Shown here piece by piece: positions 1-13,912 of a stretch of 64,000 nucleotides of DNA. The DNA is from Lama guanicoe. Taxonomy: Eukaryota. A program made the position numbers and the translations under genes. Position 1 is the stretch's first letter; each line of letters opens with the position of its first letter. The stretch is from positions 1,627,003 to 1,691,002 of the forward strand of contig MU053559.1 in NCBI GenBank assembly GCA_013239625.1, in the 5' to 3' direction. The notes under the pieces are model-generated. The model had not been told where the DNA came from. It searched no databases and was given only the letters and a program-made list of their open reading frames with translations.

Positions 1-985
1 TCCTTCTTTCTCATGGCTGAATAATATTCCAATAATATTCCATCCCACACACACATACATACATATACCACATGCATGTACATATATACACACCCCCCCC
101 ACAACTTCTTTATCCATTCGTATGTTGACAGACAATTTAGGTTGTTTTCGTATCTTTGCTCTTGTGACTAATGCTACAAAGAACAGGGAAGTGCAGCTAT
201 CTCACCGAGATCCTGATTTCAATTCCTTTGGACATATGCCCAAGAATGGGATTGCTGGATCATATGGTAGTCTCATTTTCAGTTTTTTGAGGAACCGCCA
301 TACCGTTTTCCATGGTGGGTGCACCAATTTACATTCCCACCAACAATGCACAAGGTGCGGTGCCAATTGGTGCCTGCCAAGGCCCTGTGACTCCCATTCC
401 TGGACTCTCAGATGTCTGCAATCCCTCAAAAAACCCAAGTCCACTCTTTCCTAACAGTGTCTGCCTTAGCAGAATTAACAGCCCTGGGAAATGACTAGCC
501 TCACCGTAGCTCAGGCAGACTTGTCTCAGCCCATATCTTCTCCTTATTGGAATCATAAATTCCATTACCTTGCTTGTGTCAGCCCATGTCTCTTACTGGA
601 GTCATAAATCCACTATCCTCCGGTATAGCAAAGCCCCTTACCTCACTTACAGCCAATCAGAAATCTGTTCTCCTATCCCTTTGTGTTCACAGCGCCTTCC
701 TCTATAAAAGACCCTGCACATTCACAATCGGTGGACACGCAAGCACCTCTTGCCTGCACGGCCTGCTGTTGCCTGTAGCAGCGAACCTACGAAACTTTCC
801 TTTATTCTTAAACTTTTCCTTGACTTTGGTAAACTCTTTTTACCACCGCAGACACCAGTCCTTCTGTGTGTCCCCCAACACAAGGGTTCCCTTTTCTCTA
901 CATCCTCGCCAGCATTTGTTCTCTCTTGCCTTTTTGATAATAGCCACTCTGACAGCTGTGAGATGATATTTCATTATGGTCTAGA
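1..985 (-). mobile_element. LINE-1 3' fragment (ORF2 end/3'UTR), interrupted by a solo LTR at 356-880
   Basis: Minus-strand ORF 202..444 ends in L1 ORF2-like [35 protein letters not shown]1 sequence resumes at 881 after a duplicated CAAGG. Confidence 0.85.
356..880 (+). mobile_element. Solo LTR (525 bp) inserted in L1
   Basis: TG...CA termini; perfect 5-bp TSD CAAGG (351-355 and 881-885); AGCCAATCAG at 651-660 and TATAAAA at 703-709. Confidence 0.85.
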
Positions 986-989
986 TCTC

Positions 990-1245
990 TTACAAGGAAG
1001 TTCAGGGCTCCAAAGTGAGTGGAGAGCAAGAGCGTAGAGTGAGCCAGGCAGGAACCAGGTTGCCTTTTATGACCTAGCTTCACAAGTTGCCATATTCTAT
1101 TCTCTGAGGCAGTCATAAGGGTCCACCGAAGTTCAAGGGAGAGGGATCATAGATGCCACCTCTTGATGGGGGACTGGCAAGGTTCTGGATGAACATGTGA
1201 GATTGGAAACATGGTTTTGGGCAACTTTGGAAAATACAACCTGCC
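990..1245 (-). mobile_element. Old MaLR (MLT1-type) LTR fragment
   Basis: Recalled MLT1-like motif 'ttcaagggagagggatcatagatgccacctcttgatggg'; degenerate, boundaries approximate. Confidence 0.5.
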
Positions 1246-2549
1246 CTAAATCCTAAAAAAATCTGTACTTTTACTTTTAAGGTAGCACCTGAGTTGTCCT
1301 CTGTGTGAGCTACAGAGAAAATCTCTTTCCTTGACTTCTGGGAATTCATGACGCTGTAATATTCAATACTATGCTCAATATGGACAATTTTCAGCAAGCA
1401 TGGCTTTTAGTGAGTCTCCAGAAATTAGATCAAGTTGTCCCATTGCTTTTTGAAACTTTCTCTGTCACTAACCATGTTTTTAGTGTTTGCAATTTCATTG
1501 GGAACTTGCATGGAACTTCAAAGTGTATGGATTTTTGTAGTGGCTGGATGACAGCCTGCAGGAACAGGGAAAGATGCTAGCTAAAATCTAGATGAAGAGA
1601 TTCTCTGGCTGCCAAGAAAGTACTAAGCAGGCTTGGCAGAGTGGTCTGCTAGACGGGAACCAGGAAGGCTACAGTGCTCCAAATATCTTTCTTTCCTAAT
1701 GCCATCTCTACTCTATTATTACTCCTTTTAGTTAAGTGTTGCTTTCTCCAATGATTCCTCTTAAAATTGCAAACTCCTCTGGGAGAGAAAACACCGACAG
1801 TTGGTGCAAATTTCAAAGGATAAACACGTGTGATCACAGTGCTAGGCACTGGGAATTCAGTGATGAATAATTTGATCTCTTTTCTGCCTTGACCAGAGGA
1901 ATGAGGTAGATTGAAAATTCTAGTTCCTGAGGATTTGTTCCAAAGAGGCTTTATCATCCAGAGTCCACTTTATAGTTTTTTTAATTTTCCCAGAGCTGGG
2001 CCTGGTCTTAAGAATCACCAAAAACTCCTTGGGCTCCCAGAAGATCAACATCAAAGGACCACCAGGGTAATCCCTCCCCCCACCCACCTGCTGCTCATCT
2101 GCCTGGAACAGCAGGTGTTCCAATTCCTTTTGGTTCAACCCGCTTCCCACTGAGTTAGTTACACAGTCCAGAATAAGAAAGTCAGTCTACTCGCCAAGTG
2201 GTGAAGGAGCTATTTTGACGCTCTTCCCTCATTTCAACCCTTTATCGGTCCCCGCTTTGGATCCGACTAAAGCAGATGGTTTGAATGAAGCCTGGCAGAT
2301 CCTGGGAAGCCCGGGATGCTGCAAGGCACTCTGAGAGATGTGGGGAGCGAGATGTAGGGGGTCACGTGGCTTCGAGGCTCCTCGGCTCCTCCCGGAGCTC
2401 CCACTTGACTGGGCCCAGGGCGGCTACACACTGGCCGGAGATCAAACACTTGGCGTGGCCCCAGAAGCAGGACTGGAGACGGCGGCACAGCGCGCGAATC
2501 CAAGCGGATGCTCCTGCCAGGCACGGGCGCCCTCTTGCGTCTCGTTTAG

Positions 2550-3701
<1,152 letters not shown>

Positions 3702-6700
3702 TGAGCGTTCCTCAGCTTGGGTATGGGTTGACGGGGCCTGATGGATGCCACCACGTCCATGATCTACCTGGGTGGGCGCCCACTTCTGAGATCGACGTTC
3801 TGGGGTCTCTGGTTAATCAAGGCAGAGCATGAAGCCCTGTGAAAAGCGAGCGTGGTCCAGCACCCAGAGTGGTGCACCGCCTTGGCGGGCCTAGTCGGGA
3901 AGATGGGCACGCCTCCCACCCTTATGTCCAGGTGGGAAGTTGTACCCAGTTACCTGCCTTCTCTAAGCGAAGAGCTTTTCTATTCCTCAGATTGTAATGA
4001 GGACGGGAAGATACATTTAAGGGTGTATGAAGAGGAAAAGTACTGGTTTTGATTCCGGAGTCAACCTTCTTTTGTTGTGAAAGGTGGGCTAATGCCACCA
4101 TCCTTTTCTGGAGTTCATGGCACACGGTGTATTACATGCGTAGTGGGCAGCACACATCTTCCCTTACTACGTGGATGTCAGTTGGCCAGGATCCGAATCA
4201 TCTCTGTTCCCCTGCCACCCCCAACTCCGCCCCCACCGCACCCACCATGACCTATCTCCAAACTGGAACCAAGTATTCTCTTTTTGAATTAATTCAGTGG
4301 ATTTAAGGCCCGGGTTGGCATCCTCATGTGAAATAAATGAGCCCACTTCATGACTGTTCCCAGTAGGGAACATTTTACTTCATGACTTAAACAGGAGGGA
4401 TTTCTCCTGTTTCTTTTCTTTTTTTTTCCATTCAGGGTTCCCTGATAGAGAATGGAAAGCAGACACCTGAATCTTTAATGTGACAGTTACCCCTGGCCCT
4501 GGGCCCTGCTTCTCATGGTTCTTGATTAGTTGTTGACAGCCCGGGCTCGTGGCCACCAAGGTTATGAAATGCTTGCCGGGGAGCCCTCTTGTTTTAAAGG
4601 AGTAGTGGCCTAAACAGATCTTGAATTGAAACAGGACCAGGTCTAAAACCTAGTTTGGTTATTGCAGATTACAAGTGTGAATATGAACTTTAGCCTCCAT
4701 ACTTGGCCATTCTTGAGCTTTGTGGTTTGTGTCAGTTGGTGACAAATGACTGATGCCAGGGCTGCAGGTAAGCTAGGTTTCCTGAGCAGATAGCAGAGTG
4801 GGGAGTTGAAAGATGTTGTCATTTCAGGCGATTGACTCTGAGCCCTAATGCAAATGAACGTTGCCTTTATATCTATGTAGATAGCCACGAAAATATTTTT
4901 ACTGTATAGCTGTTAGATCCAGTTCATTAAAGTACAGTGTGAAATACTTTTAGAGGTAGATTTGACAGGCTCATAAATGCGTGCTTAAGCGCATGGAAAA
5001 TGGGATTTAAAAATGTATTTTCTGAGGAGTACTCCATGTTCTTAGGAGCTCAGTCACCTTTATCTTACGGCTTGAGAACAACAGTGGAATTTTCCTTGGC
5101 TGATGTGTGCTTTTAAAACTCATCTCAATCTTTTAGTCATTGGGATTGTGCTACCAGTGTACTGTTTCATTTTGTGTTACGAAAATCTGGTCTAATTGAT
5201 GATAATGTTCCGAAAAGGCAACATCCGTGCATAGCATTCCCCGTAATTTTGTTCTGTGACTTTGAAATGCATTAAGAAATTTTTTGTCAATATGTGATGT
5301 CCTGGGTTCTCCCAAATATTAATATTTTGATGCAGATTGCCTGTAATTGTGAGAAAATATTTCTCTGTCTCTCAGGGATATTTGGTCTTCTGTTTCAAGT
5401 CCCCTCCCCCGGTCTGAATTCTAATGTCATTTGATTAGCTAACTATCCATTATATACTTAAGACTATTGGGTTAGGGATTCTGATAAAAAAATTCAGTAT
5501 GAAAATCTTTTAACACTTAAGTGAATGCAGTACAGATTTCAGGACTTCTCTTTCTTGACAGTAAGAAATCAGATTTCATTTCTTGATATCAGTAGAGGAA
5601 GTGAGTAACTGTCCTGTTGCCTCTGAGTAATAAAGGACAGAAAGACCTAAGGAAACATTTAAGTCTCTGCTGTGTGCCCAACTTCATTTATGGAGGTAAC
5701 CAATTTAACTTTTAAATGTCGGTACGTTTTTATGAGTGAAAGAGTTCAACTGCAAATTTCAAAACTCTTTACTCTGAAATAAAAAAATCTAATTCCTACC
5801 ACTTTAAAAGTATTTAAGTGGTGCTTTGAAAGGGAAGGCTTTAATATTTAAAATAAATGGATATATATATATATATGTAACACAATGTATTAATATATAA
5901 TAACATTAAAAGAAATTGTGACAACGTATGTATTTGCTGGTATAGTCATAAAATATCTCCGGAAGGATGTACAATAGACTAGTAACATTGATTTCCTTGT
6001 GGAGGAGGAACGAGGTGGGTGGGACGTAGGGATGGGAAGGAGACATCACTGTATATAACCTTCTGTGCTTTTCGATTTTTGAACTTTGGAAGTGGAATCA
6101 CCTAAGAGCACATCCCTGCTTCCATTCTTTAGCATTTGTGACGGCATTTTAAGATGCTCCTTAAATCATCCAGTTTGGTACCCACTTCTCCCTAGTTAAA
6201 TCACATTATCAATTTTCTGTGACCTTTTGCTTGTTAACTGTACCCACGGAACTTCTGGAGCCCTGTGCCTGGAATGGAGACAAAACAGGGAAAGGGGAAG
6301 AGATTTCCCCTCCCTTTCCTCCCTCCTTTTTTCTCATTATCCCCAAAGAATAGTTGATGAGTGGTGTGCAGAAATGGATCCCAAGGGACTCAAGGACAAT
6401 AAGAGACGCACTGTGAATGCTTAGCATTTAAATCGAAAGGAATTCCCCCACCTACCCAGGGACCGTAAGAAGCATGCCTTCCTGACCACTGACCCAGGAG
6501 TTATTAGGGAAGTTGCCCTTAGACTAGACTCTCCAGGGATGTTGAAAGCAGCCCCCAGACCCTGCGATGGGATCTGCAGGGCAGCTGGTAAGGCACTCGC
6601 CTGGCACCAGTCTGACCTGTTTTGTCAGGGCAGGGAGCTCCCAGCTGTCCAGCTCGGTAGGTGATTAAGTGCCATCCTAAACTTACTGAGCCCCGCATGT

Positions 6701-7169
6701 CTGTGCAGCAGAAATAGCAAGTGTTGGAGGCAGGGAAAGGTGGTATAAACAGACTGTGTCCGTTAACTGTGGTTCTCTCTCATGTGTACAGTAGTTCCAC
6801 TTCCCCCATAATGTTTTTGTGACAACTGATACGGGTCCAAAATATCTGACTTTGCCACGCTAGCCTACCACCTGCTTCTTGCGTCCCCCTCCTCCATGCC
6901 TGTCAAATTTTCAAGTACACGTTGGCCAGCCCCTCTAGGTTCTGTGGACCGTGGGCTCACTGTTGCTGTGTTGGAGCTGGATTGCTAAGCACAGGCTGAG
7001 AGTCGGTTCATGGGCAAAGTCTGAAAGGGGAAAATAACGACTTTTTGTAGTAGCATGAAATTAACATTTGAGCCTGTGGGCAAACATTTCAGAACCACCC
7101 TCTTCCTGGTTAAGCAGGAACCTTTTTTTTTTTTTAAGAGCCCTTCACTTTGGCCTTAGTTTGGGGAAG

Positions 7170-7380
7170 CACTGGATAGTCTTGGGTTTGGTACCAGATC
7201 CCCTGGGTTCAAATGCTGGCCCTGTTGCTTATAACACTGGGAAAGCTCTCTGAGCCTCAGTTTCGTCTTTTCAAAAATGGAGACAGTGTCACTCACCTTA
7301 CAGAATTTTTGTATTACTGAGATATTGTAAAGGTCAAGTGCAGTGTCTGGTACTTACACACTTGGTAAATAGTAGGTTTC
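7170..7380. mobile_element. MIR SINE
   Basis: MIR core-like 'ctctctgagcctcagtttcgtcttttcaaaaatggag'. Confidence 0.7.
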
Positions 7381-8137
7381 ATTCTCACTTTAGGCTTGTG
7401 ATTCTTTAGCCAGCATTGCTACTTGAGGTTCGTTCAGTAGAGAACTGCTGTCATTTAAAAATGCATTAGGGTACAGTTAGTGGAGGTGATGAGAATTGTA
7501 ATTTTTTTGTGGGGATATTTGCTAATACCTAGAAAAAATTTACAATGTAGCTGTTTCACTCTTTTATCCAGCAGTCTCCATTCTTGGATTTATCTTCCAG
7601 AAATACTTGCACAAGCATGTTACATTATATAGATGGCAATATTTGCTGCAGCAGTAACAAGTTGCAATACTCATTAAGAAGGAACTGGTTAAATTACAGC
7701 ACATCCCCACTAAGGAATACTAGGCAACTGGTAAAAAGAGGTGTTTTGAGATGTCCTTTTAAGACAGCTGTCCACACATAGTGTTGTGGAAAAGAACAAG
7801 GCACAGAGCAGCACATATGGTATTATCTCATTTATTAAAAAATTATGGGATGTGTGTATATAAACATGATGTATATATGTTTATGTATGACATGTGTGCT
7901 TCTCTGGAAGGATGTACAAACTTAGCAGTAGTTATCCTTTGACGGGGGAACCAGGTGTTGGAAGAGAGGGAGGGGCAGTGTTACTTTTCCCTTTATACTC
8001 TTCTGAGGTTGTTGGGGAACATGGTAGTTGCATGGTTCTGAGTATCACCCCACAGAATACTTACCTATCACAAAGGAAAGAAGGTACCTTTACAGTGGAG
8101 AGGTCTGGCAGTCACCATCTTATAACCATGTCATCAA

Positions 8138-8330
8138 TTTTTTTTGTATATATATATATTTTTTATTGAAGTATAGTCAGTTTACAATGTTGTGTCAATT
8201 TCTGGTGTACAGCATAATGCTTCAGTCATCCGTGAACATACATATATTTGTTTTCATATTCTTTTTCACCATAAGTTACTACAAGATATTGAATATAGTT
8301 CCCTGTGCTATATAGTAGAAACTTGTTCAC
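8138..8330 (-). mobile_element. Young LINE-1 3' end fragment
   Basis: T-rich tail plus 'ttattgaagtatagtcagtttacaatgttgtgtcaatttctggtgtacagc', shared with other young L1 copies in this window. Confidence 0.8.
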
Positions 8331-8620
8331 ATCATCAAATTTATCCTTGCTGCTTATGGAACTATCTGGTATTATGTGCATCCTGATGTGTTGCAAGAGG
8401 AAGCATACAGCTTTACCTATGGAGTATTCGTCCTCTAAATGTTTCATCTGAATCGAATTGCGATTTTAGGCACATTTTGCAGTTTATGGGAAATACAGGG
8501 GATGGAGAAGTAAGTTATAAAATGCCAGGTGAAAACAGACATACCAAAATATGGGTCAATCTATGAGACAACTGTCCTGGTTTCTTCAAAAAGTCAGTGC
8601 CAAGGGAGACAAAAAGTCAG

Positions 8621-9125
8621 TATAAGTGACTGGATTGTGCCCTCTCAAAATTCATATGTTGAAATCCCAATTCCTGATGTGATGACCTGTGGAGGTGGGG
8701 CATTTGGGAGGAAATTAGGTTTAGATGGGGTCATGAGATGGGGTCTCCACGATGGAGTGCCCTCAGTGCCCTCCTAAGAAGAGGAAGAGACTGGAACTCC
8801 CTTTCTCTCCTACCATGTGAGGACACAGAAGAAGGCAGCCATCTACAAGCCAGGAAGAGGGTCCTAACCAGACCCTGAATCTGCTAGCACCTTGGTCTTG
8901 CACTTCCCAGCCTCCAGAACTGTGAGAAATAAATGCTGTTGGGAGAGGGAGGGTATAGCTTAGTGGTAGAGTGTGTATTTAGCATGCACGAGGTCCTGGG
9001 TTCAATCCCCAATACCTCCATGAAAAATAAACAAACTTAAGCACCCCCTCCCCAAAAGAAAGAAATGCTGCTTAAACCACCCAGCTATGATATTTTTGTT
9101 TTAGCATCCTGAGCAGACTAAAACA
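8621..9125 (+). mobile_element. MaLR MLT1A/B-type LTR interrupted by a SINE
   Basis: MLT1 hallmarks 'caaaattcatatgttgaaatcc' and 'cagcctccagaactgtgagaaataaatg'. Confidence 0.8.
8941..9062 (+). mobile_element. tRNA-derived SINE (camelid Vic-type)
   Basis: gggagggtatagcttagtggtagag...gtcctgggttcaatcccc (A/B boxes), A-rich tail, TSD AAATGCTG (8931-8938 and 9063-9070). Confidence 0.85.
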
Positions 9126-9281
9126 GTGTTTGCAGTTAATGGAGCCCAAAGAGACATAACCAAAGGCAGCACAGCGTACTTGATTGGCCCCTGGCTTATA
9201 AAAATGAGCTCTAAAATTGTTTGGGGGACAACTGGCGATATTTGAACGTGAACTTGGTGTTAGATGCTATTAGGAAATTAA

Positions 9282-9448
9282 TCTTATTTTTCTTAGGTGT
9301 GATAATGGAGGTTATTCACATAGGAGGATGTGCTTATTTGGAGATACAGGCTGAGGTATATTAAAAAATTACTCTTATTTTTCTTAGGTGTGATAATGGA
9401 GGTTATTCACATAGGAGGATGTGCTTATTTGGAGATACAGGCTGAGGT
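9282..9448. repeat. Tandem duplication: 76-bp identical copies, 91-bp period
   Basis: 9282-9357 is identical to 9373-9448 by direct reading. Confidence 0.92.
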
Positions 9449-11330
9449 GTTTAGGAGTAAAGTGTATGAGTCCTAATGTATGCAGCGTTCAAACAGTTCA
9501 GTTAAAAAAACACACCCCCCCACATATGTAGAGAAAAAAAATACGGCAAAATACTAGCAATTGTTAAATCTAGGTGGTGGTTGAGAGGGTGTGCTTTATA
9601 TTCTTCCAGCTTTTTGTACGTCATGAAATTTTCATTAAAATGGAACATTGGGGAAGATGTTCACCTTCCTGTTAACTTGTGAGCTGGCTAACCTGTTAAC
9701 CTGCCTGCCTCAAATGTCGTCCAGGTGAGGCTGCATACAGCCTGGCCATCCGTTACTCTCATTAAACTCTTTCTGACGCTGTGTAGCACTGACATTCATT
9801 GACACGAGATGTTGTTAGGCTGACATGATTTGAGAATCAGTAACTTCTTTTTCATTTCGAGTTTTTGGTTTGATTTTCAGGTTCCCATATCTTTTGAAGA
9901 ATGGCCTCTGTTCCACTTAGAAGAGAATATATGTTAGGAGATCTTTTGGTTAAAGCATGCTACCTCTGTTTTGATCAGTGTGGATGTTGGCATTAGGGTG
10001 ATGCTAGCTGTTGTAACAGACCAACCCTACATTTCAGCAGCGTAACATAAGAAAAGTTCATTTTTTCTACTTGTGTAATGGGCCCATGCCAAGGGTCTTG
10101 CAGGTAGCTCTCCATGTGGTGATTAAGGGACCAGGTGCCTTCCATCCTCTGGCTTCCCCATCCCTTGGGGGACCTTGGAATTCTCTCCTTGCAGCCAATG
10201 AATGAGGGAAGAGAAAGAGAATCATATGAGGATGCTTCACGTGCTACACCTGGAAGTGTTGCCCTTTGTTTTGCTGCTTCTGTTGGACAGAATTTGGTCA
10301 TGAGGCCACATCTACCTGGAAGGGAGGCAGGGAAATGTAGGCTAGCTGGAATAAGAGGACTACGTTTGAAAAGCAGCTGGCCAGTCTCTGATGAATTCTT
10401 TGATGACTACTTTGTCATACATAATCCAGAAAAGAGTCATAGTAGGATTTGCATGAATTTTTGGGTGCTGTTCTTGGTTGTTGATAAACTAGATTTTGTT
10501 TTAATTTTAAGTAATCTGATTTGAAAAAAAGGCATTCGTCTTGAGTTTATGAAGTTGTTTCAATAGATCTGTCAACATTATCTGGGAGCTGGTTACAGCT
10601 AGCAGGTCTGGCCCCAGACTGACTTAGAATGTCTCAGTGAGGCCCAGAAATCTGCGACTTGATACATTATCGGGTTTTTTTTTCTTTTAAATGCTGCAGT
10701 TTGAAACTCACTGCTATAGAATATTTCAGTTTTCACCCTTTAAATACATTCACTGTGTTGCTTGTAATTAAGTAATTGCAGGAAAAAAAATAGCAACTGT
10801 ATTTTGAGCAGCTGCGGTAGTAGCCAGGCACTGTGGTGAGTATTTTGCAGTCTTTAAGCCATCTAACCTTCACATCAAATATACGAAGACTTCATACAAA
10901 CGTATGAAGAATTATTGGCCCCATCTTGCCAGATGAAGAAATTGAAAGTTAGGTCTACTACCTCATTTGCTTAGGGTTCCCCTCATTGAGGTTGGTAAGT
11001 GGGTGTCTATTAAAGGCTGAGAGCAGTAGGTGGGGATGTGTTTGGCCTGGATAGAGCAGAACCTGAATCCTGCCCTGATTACTGGGTCCCAGGAGGTCTC
11101 TGAGGGGAATCTATGCCCAGAGTATAAAACAAAGCAAAGTGACTCTTTATCATCAGCTGCAGCTCTGGCTCCAAACTCCAGTGTACCACTGCACGGGGGG
11201 AAGCTGGCCAGTTTGGAAAAATCAATTTTCCTGTCCTAAATCAGCCTGGAGCCCATGATTCCAGTGGAGCTAAAATACCTGCTCATTTGTACCCCGAAGG
11301 CCACATTCCAGATGTTACTCCACTGGTGTG

Positions 11331-11690
11331 TGTTATGCACTGAATCTTTGTGTCCTCTCAAGCCATCTGTTGAAATCCTCGCCTCGAGGATGATGATGGT
11401 ATTGGGGGGGAGTGTGGCCTTTGGGAGGTAATTAAGTTATGAAGATGAAGCCCTCCTGAACGGGATTCATACCCTTATAAGAGACCCCAGAGAGCTCTCC
11501 ACCAGGTGAGGATACAATGGGAAGTCAGCAGTGTGCAGCGCAGAAGAGGATTCACACCAGACCCTGACCATGCTGGTGCCCTGATCTTGGTCTCCCAGCC
11601 CCTAGAACTGGGAGAAAAAAAAAATTTCTCTGGTTCATATGCCACCCAGTCTCTGGTACTTTGTTATAGCAGCCCGAACTGACGAAGACC
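11331..11690 (+). mobile_element. MaLR MLT1A/B-type solo LTR
   Basis: Starts TGTTATG, ends ...GACGAAGACC; 5-bp TSD GTGTG (11326-11330 and 11691-11695). Confidence 0.85.
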
Positions 11691-12264
11691 GTGTGACTGA
11701 AGGCTCCCAGAGTTACCAGGGAAAAATCAGCAAGCGATGTTCAGAGTAGATGAGTAAGGTCTTCTCAGGTGGGAGCAGCTGCTTCAAAGTTTTCTCATCT
11801 CTAGACATCACTATTACGGAGTGGGGGAGGCCGGTAGCGCCGGGTCGGTCAAGCTCTTAGATCTTTCTGCTCTTACTGTGCTGGTTGTCACAAGCATATC
11901 ATAGTCTCCCGGAGAGATTTTCCAAAATACATTAGAAAGTAAGGCCAGCGCAGGCAGGAGTGTCTGTCTTTTGTTCGCTGCTGTCTCTCTGCCCCTAGAA
12001 CAGTGCCTAACACATAGTAGGTGCTATGGAAATATTTGTTTAATGGATTCTACTTTGTCTAACAAAAAATAAGATGCTGTAACACTGTGCTTCCCTGAGA
12101 TTCACACCGAGAGTGACGTTTCTGAGAAGGAAACCTTTGTGTGCGAAGACATCTGCTTGAATCACAGCGAACTGTTTAAAGAAGGATGAAAGGATAGGCG
12201 AGTCTATGTTTGCAGAAGATTATATATTTAGCTGATAAGCCACATGGTGGTGTTATCTTTTCCT

Positions 12265-13910
12265 TTTTTATTGTGACCCAATATACGTAGCATAAAATTT
12301 GTCACTTTAATTATTTTAACTGTGTAATTCACCAGCATTAATAACATTCATAAAACGGTGTGACCGTCGCCACGGTTTCCCCAAATTTTCATCACCCCAT
12401 ACAGAAACCTTGTACCCATTAAGCAAATATGCCCCGTTCCTCCCTCTCCCTAGCCCCTGATTGCCTCTCATCTACTTTCTGTCTTTACAAATTTGCCCAT
12501 TCTAGATATTTCATAAGTGTATTCATACAATATTTGATCTGAGTGATTTCACTTAGAATAATATTTTCAGGGTTCACGCATGTCGTAGCATGTATATGAA
12601 CTGCATTCCTTTCTGTGGCTGGATAACATTCCATTGTGTGTGTAACACTACATTTTGTTTATCCGTCTATCAGTTCGCAGACCCGTTTTCACCTTTTGGC
12701 GATTGGTGGTACAATGCTGATATGGACATTTGCATACAAGTATCTGTTTGAGTCCCTGTTTTCAATTCTTTTGAGGATCTACCTAGAAGTGGAATTGCTG
12801 GGTCATAGGGTAATTCTATGTTTGACTTGTTGAGTACCCACCAAACTGTTCTCCAAAGTGGCTGCAATATTTTACATTCCCCCTATGATGCGCAAGGGTT
12901 CCAGTATCTTCACATCCTCTCCAATGCTTGTTAGTTTCTGTTTTTCCAAAAATAATCACTCTAGTAGTTGTGAAGTGGTAGTTTATTACGGGTTTGATTC
13001 ACACTCCCCTAGAGACTGATGATGTTAAGTATCTTTTCATGGGCTTATTGGCCATTTGTGCATCTTCTTTGGAGAAATGTTCCTTCAAGCCTCTGCCTGT
13101 TTTAAAAATTGGATTATTTTCCATTGTTGAATTGTAGGAGTTCTCTATATATTCTGGATATTGTTCTTTCATCAGATATGTGATTTGTCACTATTTTCTC
13201 TTATTCCATGGGTTGCCTTTTTGCTGTATGATAGTGTCCTTTGTTGTGCAAAAGATTTTAATTTTGATGAAGTTCAGTTTCTCTGTTATTCTCTTTCGTT
13301 GCTTGTGCTTTTGGTATCACATCCAAGAAGAAATCATTGCCAAATCCAATGCCATGGAGCTTTTCTTCTAAGAGTTTTAGCTTTTTAATTTAGATCCTTG
13401 ATGCGTTTTGAGTTAATTTTTGTATATGGTGTTGGTTTCTTAATTTCCTTTTTGGGTTGTTCATTACTAGTATATTAGAAGTATGGCTGATTTTTTGGTG
13501 TTGATTTTATATCTTGCAGCTTTGTTGAATTTGTTTCTTATATTTCACAGTTGTGTGTACACGTGTGTGTGTTTTCTTTAGGGCTTTATATGTGTAAGAT
13601 CATGTCATCAGCCAGTTTTACTTCTTCCTTTGCAATATGAATGCCTTTTATTTCCCTTTCTCACCTAATTGCTCTGATTAGAACTTACAGTACTATGTTG
13701 AAGAGAAGTGGTGAAAGCAGGCATCTTTGTCTTGTTCCTTCCTGATCTTCAGGGAAAAGATTTCAGTCTTTTATCATTGACTATGATGTTAAATGTGGGT
13801 TTTTCACATATGACCTTTATCATGTTGATGAAGTTCCTTTTTATTTCTAGTTTTTTGGGTCTTTTATACTGAAAAGGTGTTAGATTTGTCAAACATTTTT
13901 TCTACATCAA
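12265..13910 (-). mobile_element. Older LINE-1 (L1M-type) 3' portion
   Basis: Minus ORF 12670..12867 (QPLWRTVW...[13 protein letters not shown]) is L1 ORF2-like; T-rich antisense L1 composition. Confidence 0.8.
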
Positions 13911-13912
13911 TT

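Noticed and set aside
8948..9015. tRNA-like sequence (also near 23170, 42570, 47180)
   Set aside because: SINE heads with A-rich tails (TSDs clear on two copies), not tRNA genes.
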